Below, in pieces: positions 20,394 to 31,400 of a stretch of DNA of 64,000 nt (positions within the stretch are counted from its first letter, which is position 1; each line of letters opens with the position of its first letter). Source of the DNA: an uncultured Clostridium sp. (GTDB lineage: Bacteria > Bacillota > Clostridia > TANB77 > CAG-508); the NCBI GenBank assembly GCA_900553755.1, contig USEX01000001.1, forward strand, positions 29,463-93,462, written 5' to 3'. The notes beneath the pieces were generated by a model that was given only the letters and a program-made list of their open reading frames with translations, was not told the origin of the DNA and did no database searches. Both the position numbers and the translations under genes were made by a program.

Positions 20394-21167
20394 CTATCTA
20401 GATTTATCTTTTTTTGTATTTAACTTGTTTTTATTTTTCTTACCTTTTGATAAATCTTTAGATTTAGAAGATGTTTTTTCTTCTTTTGCTATTTCTTCTC
20501 TTATTTCTTTTAACTCTTTTCTTACTGATTTTTTTACAACCTTAGTATTGCCCTCGTGCTTTTTTAACATTCCTGATGAATTCTTTGACAGATTCTCTTT
20601 GCTGTCTTTTTCTAGGAGGGGGACTTGTTTTTCCTCATTCTGTAATGGTACTAATTCTTGTTTTTCTTTTTCTTTTATTTCTATATCTTTTTGTTCTACG
20701 CCTAATTGTTTATCATTAGGAATATTATTTTTATCTTTTGCTTTTTCCTCTCTAGTCTTTTGAATTTCAGTTCTAATTTGAGCTTCATTGACTGTAGCAA
20801 TTTTAAATCTTTCAACTATTCTATTAATTTTAGAGGCATCTTCTGCTCGTACCATTATATCAACCATTCCATCAAAGTTTTTATTGTGTTTATCAATTAA
20901 AGCAGAATATAAAACACCATACCTTTTTGCCTCTTGCATAAACATTTTTAAATCTTGTTGTTTTAAAGAGAATACTTTTAATTCTTTACCACTCTTAAGC
21001 ATATTTGTTAATCTTGTTTTTCCTTTTGTTTGAGTTTGATTTTTTAAAATTGCAGCAAGTAATGCAACTACTTCTTTTGCTGCTGTTCCCGTTACTCTAA
21101 GACAAACATCTCCTGTTTTTAAAATCATACTTGTCATCTGTTCTGCTGACTCACTTGATATACTCAT
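20394..21167 (-). CDS. PcfB-like (DUF3801-type) conjugal transfer protein with Lys-rich disordered tail
   Basis: The N-terminal ~130 aa (LKTGDVCLRVTGTAAKEVVALL...KRYGVLYSALIDK...DIMVRAEDASKINRIVERF) resemble, from my recollection, the PcfB family found between relaxase and T4CP in Gram-positive plasmids. The C-terminal half is KE-rich. Confidence 0.5.
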   Translation of the reverse strand: MSISSESAEQMTSMILKTGDVCLRVTGTAAKEVVALLAAILKNQTQTKGKTRLTNMLKSGKELKVFSLKQQDLKMFMQEAKRYGVLYSALIDKHNKNFDGMVDIMVRAEDASKINRIVERFKIATVNEAQIRTEIQKTREEKAKDKNNIPNDKQLGVEQKDIEIKEKEKQELVPLQNEEKQVPLLEKDSKENLSKNSSGMLKKHEGNTKVVKKSVRKELKEIREEIAKEEKTSSKSKDLSKGKKNKNKLNTKKDKSR

Positions 21168-22521
21168 CTTTATTTTTCTCCTTTCTACTTTTTTCTTCTT
21201 TATTCTTCTCTTCTAAGTTTTCTTTTATCTTTGGTATTCTGTATTCAATATCTTCTATTAATCTCAACTCCTTCCTTATATTTTCAATTTTAAAATTTAA
21301 TTCAGCTATTTGATTACATATTAACTTTTGCTTTTCTGGAGTGTTTTCTAATTTTCTATATCTCCATAAACTTTCTCTCTCAGATAATATGTTATTTAGT
21401 TCTATATTTATATTTTCTTTATAACTATTCAACTCATCTTTTGTATTTAAATTATTTGCATTTAGAAATTTTGCTTCTTCAGAATATTTGTCCATTATTT
21501 TTATATCTGCTCTAATGCTAGCAGGTAATCTTTTATTTACATTTTTAGTATTAGGAAATACTTTTAAAAGAAAACAATAATGATAATATAAAGCAATGAA
21601 TCCTTTTGCTTTCTTTTTAGATTTTTTATATGTGCCTTTATACTTGTTTGATGTACCTTTTAATTTATACGCTTCTATAAAAGGTATTCTTGTATCATTT
21701 TCTTCAACTATTCTTGTCTTAATTCGTTCTACTGAATAATCTGCACCAAACGCTCTTTCGATTCTAATATTTCTATTGTAATTCTTATGTTTTACACTAA
21801 TCTTTCCGCTTCTAAATATAATTTCATAGTCCATTTTTTTCATTATTGATTTAAAATCTTCAAATGAAAAAGCTTGACCAATTGCAAAATCAATATCTCT
21901 TTTTGTAGTGTTTTTATAATTATTTTCACTTGAATATTTTTTATAAAAATTATCATAATTTATTAGACCTTTCTTACCAATATTCTTATCAATAACTTTT
22001 AAGTCATATTCTTTACAAAGATTATCTGATGTTGCTCTAATGGCAGAATATGTTTTATTATTGTTGTAATATTTCTTTCCATCTTTAAATGATACTGAAT
22101 TGATGACTATATGATTATGATAGTGGTTAGTATTTAAATGAGTTGATACAACACACTCAAATCTGTCAGCAAATAACTCATTACAAAGTTCAATTCCTAT
22201 TTTATGAGCCAACTCAGGAGTTACTTTCTCATTATTTTCAAATGACTGAATTAAATGAAAAGCTAATATTCCATCTTCTTTTTCATATATTTGCTTTGTA
22301 ATTTTCATTTGCTCATAAGCGTCCTCTGCATTGCAATTTATACCGGTAACATATAATTTCTTTTCAGTTTTATAATCAGCTTCAATATAATCTAAAACAT
22401 TATGTAGGTCTTGATAGTTTATTGCACCATAGTTCTTATTATTTGTTTTATTTTCATTACATGCATAATCTAATACATGATCAAGTCTTACCTTAATAGG
22501 TATAATTTTTGTGATAGCCAT
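21151..22521 (-). CDS. Conjugative relaxase, MobA/VirD2-type (PF03432 relaxase/mobilisation nuclease; MOBQ/MOBP-like)
   Basis: The His triad HLNTNHYHNHIVINSV is present and the N-terminal MAITKIIPIK.. is typical. The C-terminal coiled-coil tail is KE-rich. The gene is directly downstream of mobC. Confidence 0.8.
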   Translation of the reverse strand: MAITKIIPIKVRLDHVLDYACNENKTNNKNYGAINYQDLHNVLDYIEADYKTEKKLYVTGINCNAEDAYEQMKITKQIYEKEDGILAFHLIQSFENNEKVTPELAHKIGIELCNELFADRFECVVSTHLNTNHYHNHIVINSVSFKDGKKYYNNNKTYSAIRATSDNLCKEYDLKVIDKNIGKKGLINYDNFYKKYSSENNYKNTTKRDIDFAIGQAFSFEDFKSIMKKMDYEIIFRSGKISVKHKNYNRNIRIERAFGADYSVERIKTRIVEENDTRIPFIEAYKLKGTSNKYKGTYKKSKKKAKGFIALYYHYCFLLKVFPNTKNVNKRLPASIRADIKIMDKYSEEAKFLNANNLNTKDELNSYKENINIELNNILSERESLWRYRKLENTPEKQKLICNQIAELNFKIENIRKELRLIEDIEYRIPKIKENLEEKNKEEKSRKEKNKDEYIK

Positions 22522-22835
22522 TACAAATATTCCTTTTTAACTTTATTCATAAATTCACACCAATTTCTTGCTTCTTTTTCATAATAGCTTTTATCAATTT
22601 CATTCAAATAATTTGCCTTATGTGCAATTTGATTTAAGTTATTTCCTATATGAGTTAATTGAAACATTACATCATAAAATCTATCATCTGGTTTTTCTCT
22701 TATTCTTTTATTTAGTATTAGTCTTCTAATATATTCTGCTTGACTAATCTTAGCTCTAGAAACATCACTTTTTAATTTGGCATATTCTTCATCACTAAGC
22801 ATAATATCTATTCTATTATTTCTGCTCCTAGCCAT
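22521..22835 (-). CDS. mobC: MobC-like ribbon-helix-helix relaxosome accessory protein
   Basis: It is 104 aa with the N-terminal RHH-like segment RIDIMLSDEEYAKLK and the MobC motif IGNNLNQIAHKAN. It is coupled (ATGA) to the relaxase. A paralogous gene is at 63598..63903. Confidence 0.7.
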   Translation of the reverse strand: MARSRNNRIDIMLSDEEYAKLKSDVSRAKISQAEYIRRLILNKRIREKPDDRFYDVMFQLTHIGNNLNQIAHKANYLNEIDKSYYEKEARNWCEFMNKVKKEYL

Positions 22836-22851
22836 AATCTACTCCTTTCAA

Positions 22852-22910
22852 TATGGGGATTGGGGCAACGCCCCATAACTTTAATAAAAATCCCCTGATT
22901 TTTTATTAAA
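22852..22910. other. Candidate oriT: GC-rich hairpin TATGGGGattggggcaacgCCCCATA followed by an AT-rich inverted repeat TTAATAAAAATC/GATTTTTTATTAA
   Basis: These are the only GC-rich palindromes in the 200-bp region immediately upstream of mobC-relaxase. That is the typical position of oriT in MobC/MobA systems. Confidence 0.4.
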
Positions 22911-23035
22911 TCGAATTTCGTGTGAACAAATTCAATGCTTGCTAGGACATATCGAGCCAAGCTCTCTATGTCACTTTTTTTGTAAGCATTATCTTCGATT
23001 GTAATTTTATTTTGCAATAACATATACAATTTTTA

Positions 23036-23410
23036 TTACAAATCTTCTTTATATTGTTTATATAAGTTTTCCAGATTTTTAATATCTTCATTTGTAATTT
23101 TCACTTGTAAAAACCCTTCTTTACATACCTTTTTTTCTGCTTTATCAAATGTATTTAATAGTTCATTTATGAATACATCTGCATTATTATTTGGAAGGTC
23201 ATATCCTTGTGCAGTAAATCTATCTCTTCTTTTACTTATTATTTCTTTACATGAATATCTTAATTGTTTAATATCTTCATCATCAAAGTTAATTTTTTCC
23301 TCGTCAAGGTAATATTTATCAACCTTGTTAATTGCATCTGCTTTATCTTTTGCAGCCACAAATATCTCCTTTATCGATGTTGCTAACATTGTTACTTTAA
23401 ATTTTTTCAT
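23036..23410 (-). CDS. Hypothetical protein (124 aa), first gene of leading region
   Basis: ORF only. Confidence 0.4.
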   Translation of the reverse strand: MKKFKVTMLATSIKEIFVAAKDKADAINKVDKYYLDEEKINFDDEDIKQLRYSCKEIISKRRDRFTAQGYDLPNNNADVFINELLNTFDKAEKKVCKEGFLQVKITNEDIKNLENLYKQYKEDL

Positions 23411-23442
23411 TTTACTTATTCTCCTTTACATTTATAAAATTT

Positions 23443-24429
23443 TTATTCTCTCAAATGTTCTTTAGTTTTTTTAAATTTAATACTATCTTTTGTCTTTTTA
23501 AGTCCAAGCTTATAACACAAAAAGTCGTTGACATCTTTACCATAAGGTACTGGACAATCAACGACTATATATTCCTTTGGAATCACAATTTGAAATGCTT
23601 TTGTTGCATTTCTTCCTGCTAAATCCCTATCGAAATGTAATACAATATTTTTTACATTTTGGTGTTCTTTCAAATATGTTTCAATCGCAATAGGTATTTT
23701 GCTATTTTCAATACATTTTGCAGGTTGATATACTCCTGCTAAAGCTATTAAATTTTCTTTCTTATAATCAATTCCTTTATACATTAAAAGTGTAGCATAA
23801 GATAATAAATCAATAGAGCTTTCAAATACATGAATTGTATTATTCGGTACATTTGAAAGTAGTCTAAATGAATATTTTTTATCACTGCCTGTAGCATCTC
23901 TCATATATCTTGTTTGGTTTGTTGCTCTACAACCTGCATAACGAATATTATTACAATTATCATATCCAACAAATACAACATTGTTTGTATTTTCTTCCTG
24001 ATATATCAAATTTTTTTTATAACATTCTTCTATAATTGTTTCTGCAATTCCTCTGTTAATTAAGTATTCCTTTGCTATGTTAAAAGTATTAGATTTCTTT
24101 GGTACTTTTAATTCACTTTTCTTTGGTACTTTACTATCTTTACTTAATGAAAAAGGAATTGATTTTACATTACCATTGGCTAACAATTGAACAGCCTCTA
24201 TAAAAGTATAATTCTTTACTTTTATTAGATAATCAATTGCATTATTTCCACCAATTCCTTGCGAAAACCAATTCCACAAACCATTGCTAATTTTTAAACT
24301 ATCATGACTTTTTGTACAATAATTATTTCCACCTTCATGTACTAATTCATTTGGTTCATAATTTTGCAAATATGTAAGCAAATCTATCTTCTGTAATTCT
24401 TTGATTTGTTCTGGTGGAATGTATGGCAT
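23443..24429 (-). CDS. Toprim-domain (DUF3991-like) primase-like protein of conjugative elements
   Basis: Toprim acidic motifs are present: the conserved Glu in IHVFESSIDLLS and DxD in VLHFDRDLAGRNA. It is 328 aa. Confidence 0.6.
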   Translation of the reverse strand: MPYIPPEQIKELQKIDLLTYLQNYEPNELVHEGGNNYCTKSHDSLKISNGLWNWFSQGIGGNNAIDYLIKVKNYTFIEAVQLLANGNVKSIPFSLSKDSKVPKKSELKVPKKSNTFNIAKEYLINRGIAETIIEECYKKNLIYQEENTNNVVFVGYDNCNNIRYAGCRATNQTRYMRDATGSDKKYSFRLLSNVPNNTIHVFESSIDLLSYATLLMYKGIDYKKENLIALAGVYQPAKCIENSKIPIAIETYLKEHQNVKNIVLHFDRDLAGRNATKAFQIVIPKEYIVVDCPVPYGKDVNDFLCYKLGLKKTKDSIKFKKTKEHLRE

Positions 24430-24443
24430 ATTAACACCTCCAT

Positions 24444-25199
24444 CTACCTAGAATCTTTATTTTTTTGTTTTTGTTCTATTTTAAAATCTTCTTCTATGTG
24501 TTCAATGGAATTATCTACAGCATATTCCAACATTTCGTTAAAATTGCCATCACATTTTAGCCATTCGTCATAGCAGTCATTAAGTATATTAGGACATTTT
24601 AATAACGATTTGCATTCATTTATTGATAAGTCTTTTTTCTCAAATGCATATAACATTTCTTGTTTACAAACTTTCTCATAAGCTCTTTCAATAATTACTT
24701 CCGGTCTTTCTTTTTTCATTTCTTCGATGAAATCGTTATATTCATTTGTTAGCTTTTCATGAACTCTTTGCTTTAGACCATCTTCATAACTGTAGATATC
24801 TCCTCTTTGTAGTTTTACTTTATTTTTATCTTCAACATAGTTTTCTAATAGATATGATGGCGGAATGATACCATCTCGTTTTAATGCTTGTATTAAATCT
24901 GTACCTTTTTCCATATATAAATCTCTTTCTATTGTAAGACCAAATGGTAGTTTTAAATCTTGTAATTCTGACAACATAACCGTACCAAATTCTGCTAATT
25001 TATCATCTCCAAGATGACAATATCCAAACAATTCATAATCTCCATTTTTTTGTTTTGTTCCCTCTGTAATGTACCAGGTTCCTACTCCTGTTGGATTGAA
25101 AAACTTCGCAATTACTTCTGCATTTCCTCCTTTTCCATCTTGACTTCCAATAGGATATTCTTCAAATTTCTTTTCAATTTCTTCAGTAATTAATTTCAT
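24444..25199 (-). CDS. DUF2958-like conserved conjugative-element protein
   Basis: The N-terminal motif PIGSQDGKGGNAEVIAKFFNPTGVGTWYITEG...ELFGYCHLG matches my recollection of the DUF2958 family that travels with ArdC/Toprim genes. Confidence 0.45.
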   Translation of the reverse strand: MKLITEEIEKKFEEYPIGSQDGKGGNAEVIAKFFNPTGVGTWYITEGTKQKNGDYELFGYCHLGDDKLAEFGTVMLSELQDLKLPFGLTIERDLYMEKGTDLIQALKRDGIIPPSYLLENYVEDKNKVKLQRGDIYSYEDGLKQRVHEKLTNEYNDFIEEMKKERPEVIIERAYEKVCKQEMLYAFEKKDLSINECKSLLKCPNILNDCYDEWLKCDGNFNEMLEYAVDNSIEHIEEDFKIEQKQKNKDSR

Positions 25200-25218
25200 T
25201 AAATTCTCCTTTCTGACA

Positions 25219-25256
25219 TAAAAAAAGAGATATTAACTTTCTACATTAATATCTCT
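25219..25256 (-). terminator. Rho-independent terminator after DUF1810 gene
   Basis: An 11-bp stem AGAGATATTAA/TTAATATCTCT is followed on the minus strand by a T-run. Confidence 0.55.
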
Positions 25257-25331
25257 TCACAAATATCTTTTCACTATTTAATTATCATTTAATAATATTT
25301 CACTCGAAGTTTTATGCTTTATACTATTCAT

Positions 25332-25766
25332 TTATTTTTTATCAAGTTGATTACATATTCTAATTGTGTTCTCGTCTAGTTTTCCATCATAAAATTTATT
25401 TAATACTTTTTTGAAAACTTCTAATTCAGGTTTTACTATATTAAATAATGTCATAGAAGAACACAATTTCAAATCATCAGGAAATCCCATTATATTTATT
25501 ATATCATTTGATTCTAAGCTTAATAGTGCATTACACATATTAATTAGATTGTCAAATAGGTACTTATCTTCTAAATATGCTTGTGCTTCCTCCATACTTT
25601 TAATAGAATAATATTCTGCCATTTTACTATGCCCTAAACCTTTAATTTGAGGGAATATGTACCAAATCCAATGACTTTGTTTTTTTCCTAATTTTATTTC
25701 TGATAATGCAATATTATAATTTTGTTGTTGAGCTTTTATAAATCTATCTAAATTATATTTTTCCAT
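25332..25766 (-). CDS. DUF1810-family protein
   Basis: The hallmark motif SHWIWYIFPQIKGLG is present. It is 144 aa. Confidence 0.65.
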   Translation of the reverse strand: MEKYNLDRFIKAQQQNYNIALSEIKLGKKQSHWIWYIFPQIKGLGHSKMAEYYSIKSMEEAQAYLEDKYLFDNLINMCNALLSLESNDIINIMGFPDDLKLCSSMTLFNIVKPELEVFKKVLNKFYDGKLDENTIRICNQLDKK

Positions 25767-25788
25767 ATTTTAATAACCACATATTTTC

Positions 25789-26628
25789 TTAATTAAGTTT
25801 TACATTTTCATCATACTTATTCTTTTTATACATATATTTTTTGCCAAAATATTTAACACAATTAGGTATGTAATGACTTTTGTAACCTCTACATGTTTCA
25901 TTCAACAATAAACTTGTAACTTTAAAACTTCTGGATTTTTTTGTATATTCATAAGATACTTTATACTCTTCTAGAACTTTTTTAATTTCTTCTTTAGTTC
26001 CATCATATAATATTTCTTCCAGTTCATCTATATCCATTAATGATTCATTTCGCATTTCATTATAATATTCTTTAGCAGGATATTGGTCAAAATATCTTTT
26101 TACTAAATTATCGCTTTTCCAAATTTTCCAATCTGTTCTATTTTCATAATTATAATGCCATATTTCATCATCTGGATACTCTATTCCTTCAATATAATCT
26201 TCATTATTTTCTGCCCATTCTTCATATTCAGTATCCTCCAAGTACAATGTATTTTCTTGTACATTTTCTCCATCCCAAAAGAATTTAGAAAGATATATTT
26301 TACTTTCCTCACATGCATACCATGTTAATTCTTTTTTAAACATTTCAACGGCTTTTACTATTGCACAAATTGGATATAACCATTTTGTTAAAAATTTTAT
26401 TTCTATTAGTCCTTCCTTGTTTTTTTCGTAAGAAAAACCCCAACCATAATAAATACTTTCTCCATATTTTTCGTCATATTTATTTAATGATTTCACTCCA
26501 AATAGTTTATTAAATGATATATATGGCTCATCTAATTTTTCATTTTCATCTATTGGATAATAATCAATAAAATATTCGTTTAATATTTTTTCAGTACATA
26601 CAATTTTATTTACAACATAATTTGCCAT
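25789..26628 (-). CDS. Hypothetical Trp/Tyr/Glu-rich protein (279 aa)
   Basis: ORF only. The acidic, aromatic-rich composition is the kind seen in some DNA-mimic anti-restriction proteins, but I recognise no motif. Confidence 0.4.
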   Translation of the reverse strand: MANYVVNKIVCTEKILNEYFIDYYPIDENEKLDEPYISFNKLFGVKSLNKYDEKYGESIYYGWGFSYEKNKEGLIEIKFLTKWLYPICAIVKAVEMFKKELTWYACEESKIYLSKFFWDGENVQENTLYLEDTEYEEWAENNEDYIEGIEYPDDEIWHYNYENRTDWKIWKSDNLVKRYFDQYPAKEYYNEMRNESLMDIDELEEILYDGTKEEIKKVLEEYKVSYEYTKKSRSFKVTSLLLNETCRGYKSHYIPNCVKYFGKKYMYKKNKYDENVKLN

Positions 26629-26740
26629 ATAATCGCCTCCAAAATATGCTACTTCAATATTATTAATTAATGCTTGTCTAATGTCATAAAAAGCAAGTGA
26701 TTTACTGCCTAATTACTTTTCCTGTTTAGTATAATTCACG

Positions 26741-27181
26741 TTATAGTTGATCATTTACAATTTTCTCATTTTTCTTATTCCATCTGGTAGCACAATTTAA
26801 ACAGATAAAATCTCTTACATCATCTCCATATGTTGCCCATGGATTGCAAAATAGCCCCATATTTTCAAATTTTTTCTTTTCTTTCTCTTTTTGTCTATTA
26901 CTACCATTATACAATCTATAAAATAAATCTCCAGCATACGTTCTTACAACATATTTTCCACTACAATTAGGGCATATCATATCTTTTGAGTTTTTTTCTA
27001 TATGTCCACTTACACCTACAACCCAATTCAATATAAAACTATATTTTTTGGAATTTTTTATATCAAAATTTTCAAACTCATTTTCTAGTTTTTTAATTAA
27101 TTCTCCAAATGTAGTAGTTTCTTTTTCCATTTTAAATATTTTTTCTATTTCTTCGTTTGTAAGAATTATATTATATTTCAA
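26741..27181 (-). CDS. Hypothetical zinc-ribbon protein (CPNC...CLNC)
   Basis: It has two CxxC pairs, CPNCSGKY and CLNCATRW. Confidence 0.4.
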   Translation of the reverse strand: MKYNIILTNEEIEKIFKMEKETTTFGELIKKLENEFENFDIKNSKKYSFILNWVVGVSGHIEKNSKDMICPNCSGKYVVRTYAGDLFYRLYNGSNRQKEKEKKKFENMGLFCNPWATYGDDVRDFICLNCATRWNKKNEKIVNDQL

Positions 27182-27287
27182 CTAAAGTGACCTCCATTCA
27201 AATTACTATTCTCTTGCAACTATAATACTCTACAAGAGCAGATATTTTTTAATAAACTATTTGCCTTTAAAATTGTAATTTGTATTG

Positions 27288-27671
27288 TTATTTAGCCCAA
27301 GCACTCAAAATAACTTTATCAAATAATTTAAATTCACCACTTATTACTTCGTTGATTTGATTATCACTATTTTCTTTTCGTTGAATAAAATATTCATATT
27401 CAACAGTATATCCAATTCCATACATTTTTTCTTTTGGTAACTCCCTACCTGTACTTACATAAAAATCAGTAACTCTTGTCTTAATTAATGGTTCTACTCC
27501 TAAATGGTTATTAAATCTAATTAGTTCTACTGTAACCAACAAAGCATAAGCAACAATAATTGCAACAAAAACAATTCCAACAATTTTAAGTTTTTTCATT
27601 AATTCCCACCTCTCTAATAACAAATTACTATTAATCGAGATGATTATATCATATATTTTATTAAAAAACAT
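27288..27671 (-). CDS. Hypothetical single-TM protein (127 aa)
   Basis: ORF with a TM segment LKIVGIVFVAIIVAYALLVTV. Confidence 0.35.
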   Translation of the reverse strand: MFFNKIYDIIISINSNLLLERWELMKKLKIVGIVFVAIIVAYALLVTVELIRFNNHLGVEPLIKTRVTDFYVSTGRELPKEKMYGIGYTVEYEYFIQRKENSDNQINEVISGEFKLFDKVILSAWAK

Positions 27672-27708
27672 AAGAAGATACTAAATTTCTTTAATATCTT
27701 CCAATTTT

Positions 27709-28044
27709 TTAAATATTAAGCATGTCCATTTCTTCCAAAAATATGTATGCCTCTTTTGCTCCTAATTTGTATGCCTCAATTAGTTCCAGTGTATCCATTA
27801 AACTGAATATAGTTACTAACTCATTAAATGCTTTCATTTCTTCTTTTTCAAAATTCATAGGTTTGTTATTTTCAACAAATTCTCTTATTTGAGGATATTT
27901 TTCATATATTTTTTTACTTTCTTCTTGTAATTCTATATAATCCTCTCTATTAATAAGATTCTTTCTTTTGTGTTCTTCAAACGAATCTGTAAAGGCATCA
28001 TGATTTTGATTTATAAAACTATCTAAGACTTTCTTCATTATCAT
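27709..28044 (-). CDS. Hypothetical protein (111 aa)
   Basis: ORF, overlapping/coupled with the upstream 119-aa ORF. Confidence 0.35.
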   Translation of the reverse strand: MIMKKVLDSFINQNHDAFTDSFEEHKRKNLINREDYIELQEESKKIYEKYPQIREFVENNKPMNFEKEEMKAFNELVTIFSLMDTLELIEAYKLGAKEAYIFLEEMDMLNI

Positions 28045-28378
28045 ATACCTCCATTTGCTTTTCTATTTCTTTTTTTGCATTTAAACCGTCCATAAATCCT
28101 AATTTGTAAAAGTTCACATTCCAAAATTCTGACATCTCTAAAACATTTTCAAATAAGAAATTTTCAATTTTCTCCTCTAATTCTTCATGATATTCCTTAG
28201 GTACATAATTCAATAATTCTTTCATTCTTTTCTCTGTATCATCTATTAATCCTTGATACTCTTTTGAATTGGTAGTAACTTTGCTTGAAAATTCCTCTCT
28301 TCTTGCCTCACATAATTCATCTAAAATAGAACAACTAAAAAAATCATCAATATTTTTCATGGCAACCTCCTTCAACAA
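28019..28378 (-). CDS. Hypothetical protein (119 aa)
   Basis: ORF 40 nt downstream of the giant gene. Confidence 0.35.
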   Translation of the reverse strand: MLKEVAMKNIDDFFSCSILDELCEARREEFSSKVTTNSKEYQGLIDDTEKRMKELLNYVPKEYHEELEEKIENFLFENVLEMSEFWNVNFYKLGFMDGLNAKKEIEKQMEVYDNEESLR

Positions 28379-28418
28379 TAATGATATTATATAATCAAAA
28401 TTTTAACAAATGTGCAAA

Positions 28419-31400
28419 TTATCTTTCTCTATTATCTTTGTAGTTTTGACTTTTTTCATCGTCAATATCATTATCTAAAAGTTCATGTTCCTTTTCGTTA
28501 AGATTTAACTTAATATTTAGTTCATCAAGTCTCTTTTGCTTTTCTTGTAACTCTTGCTCTTGTGGAAATTCTTTTTGCACTTCTTTTTCTGCATTTGCTA
28601 GTTGTACTTTTTCATTTTCAAGTTGAGCTTTAGTAGGCTCAATTTGTTCTGATATTTTTTCTAGACAATTATCAATTCTTTGTATATTACCATGAACATC
28701 ATTTCCTAATTCAATATAATAGCTATATTCATTTTTTATCTTTAACTTGAATAATTTACTAAATCTATCATATTCTAATTCTAAATTAAATCCTCGATAG
28801 TTTCCTATATATTCTAAATCTGCATTTTTCTTATTATTACAAGCATCTAGTATTGCTTGTCCTGCTTTTGCTTTTTCATTAAATGTAACATTATTTATTA
28901 CCATAGGACTAAATTCATTTTCATTTATTTTTGTATAATCTTTTAAATGTTTTGTATCATTTTCAAGTGCTACAATTTTATCTTCTAATCTTTTGATTTC
29001 TTTTGGATAATATTTTGCAATTCTATCTTGTAAATCATATTTTTCTCCCATAAAACTTTGCTTTAAAAGTTTTAACTTGGCAACTGCAGTATCTAATTCT
29101 GTTTTCTCCAATATATCTGGATTGCCTGTTGCTAGTGCTTTTATTTCTCCATAAGATAATGCTTTCTCATCAACATCTTCAGCAACTCTAACTGGAGTTT
29201 TAGAAGTCATAATTTGCGAAATGAATTTTTGTTTATTTTCCACCAACTGATAAAGGTATGCATCAAAAGTTCCCTCTGTAACATACGTATATACATCAAT
29301 TTCTTCATTTCTATTTCCTTGTCTAATTCCTCTACCATTTCTTTGAGTTAAATCTGCTGGTCTCCATGGACAATCAAGATGATGTAATGCTATAAGCCTG
29401 TCTTGTACATTTGTTCCTGCTCCCATTTTACTTGTACTACCTATAAGAACTCTTACATCACCATTCCTTACCTTAGAGAATAATTCTTTTTTCTTAACTT
29501 CATTATCAGCCTCATGAATAAACGCTACTTGTTCTCTTGGAATTCCTTTTAATACAAGTTTTCTTCTTATATCGTTATAAACATCTGTAAACTTGTAATT
29601 ACCATTTTCATCTAATAATTCTTCATTTTGTTTTGGTGTTGATAAATCACAAAATACTAATTGAGTTGACTTGTTTTCTTTTGTGTTATTCCAAATATCA
29701 TAAACATTATTTATACATGTATTTACTTTACTATATGGATCATCCTCTAACATATCATTCATTAGTCTTTGATCCAATGCTAGTTTTCTCCCCTCATTAG
29801 TTATTTTTAACATATTATCTTTTGCTGCATCAACCATACCATTTCTTATTCTTTCAGCTCTATTTCCAAGTTCTTCAACCATATCCTTTTGTATTGCACT
29901 AGGTTTAGTAACAATATTTTTAAAGTTAGCCTTTGGAACAGGAAGATTTAAAGTCTCGGCTGTTTGTATATCTGCTATTTCTTTGAATAAATTCATAAGC
30001 TCTGGTAAATTATGAAATTTTGCGAATCTAGTTTTTGCTCTGTAACCTGTACCCTCTGGAGACAATTCAATTGCTGTAACTGTCTCTCCAAATGTACTAG
30101 CCCAGGAATCAAAAAAATCCAGTCCCATTTTTTCGAGTCCATTGTATTGCAAATACCTTTGCATTGTATAAAGCTCTACCATGGAATTGCTGACAGGTGT
30201 TCCTGTTGCAAAAACAGTTCCCTTTCCTCCTGTTAACTCATCAAGGTATCTACATTTCATGTATAAATCCGAACTTTTCTGAGCTTCTGTTTGTGCTATT
30301 CCTCCAACATTTCTCATTTTCGTATATAAAAAAAGGTTTTTAAAATTATGTGCTTCATCTACAAATAACTTATCAACTCCTAATTGTTCAAAAGTTACAA
30401 CATCATCTTTGCCATCTTGATTATTTAATTTTTCAAGTTTGCTTTCTAATCCTTTTCTTGTTTTTTCTAGTTGCTTAATTGTAAAATTTTCTCCACGATT
30501 TCTTTTAACTTCGTCAATACCATTTAATACGTCATTGATTTGTTTTTCTAACATTTCTTTTTGCCTTTCGACAGACATAGGTATTTTTTCGAATTGTGAA
30601 TGTCCAATGACAACTGCATCGTAATCTCCTGTTGCTATACGACTACAGAATTTTTTTCTATTAGCAGTTTGAAAATCTTTTTTAGTAGCGACAAGTATGT
30701 TTGCAGACGGATATAATTGAAGAAACTCTGAAGCAAATTGTTCAATTATGTGATTAGGAACTACAAATAAGGATTTGTTACATAAACCAAGTCTCTTGCT
30801 TTCCATAGCTGCTGCAACCATCTCAAATGTTTTTCCAGCTCCAACTTCATGTGCAAGTAATGTGTTACCTCCATATAAAATATGTGCTATGGCATTTACT
30901 TGATGTTTTCTTAATTTTATTTCTGGATTCATTCCAACAAAATTCAAATTACTACCATCATACTCTCTTGGTCTAATACTATTAAACTTTTCATTATAAA
31001 TCTTGGTGAGTTGTTCCCTTCTATTTGTGTCTTTCCATACCCATTCTTCAAACGCTGCTTTAATTTGTTCTTGCTTTGATTGAGCAATAGCTGTTTCTTT
31101 TTTGTTTAATACTCTTGTTTTTCTTCCTTCTTCGTCAATTATGGTATCAAAAATCTTTACATCCTTTAAATTTAAAGTAGTTTCAATTATTTTGTACGCA
31201 TTAATTCTATCAGTACCATAAGTTTTATATGCCTTTACATTACTTCTATCTCGACTTTTGTTTTCTATGTACCATTCTGAATTGTACTTTGAATATCTTA
31301 CTTTGATATCCCAGGTAGCATATACTGGTGTATCTAATAATTCAAACATAAATTGTCTTATGATTTCCTCAGGTATCCATGTAGCACCTAGCTTTATTCC

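Noticed and set aside
22808-23029. 73-aa minus-strand ORF upstream of mobC
   Set aside because: It reads straight through the GC-rich candidate oriT hairpins and overlaps the mobC start, and no RBS is present. It is more likely non-coding oriT DNA.
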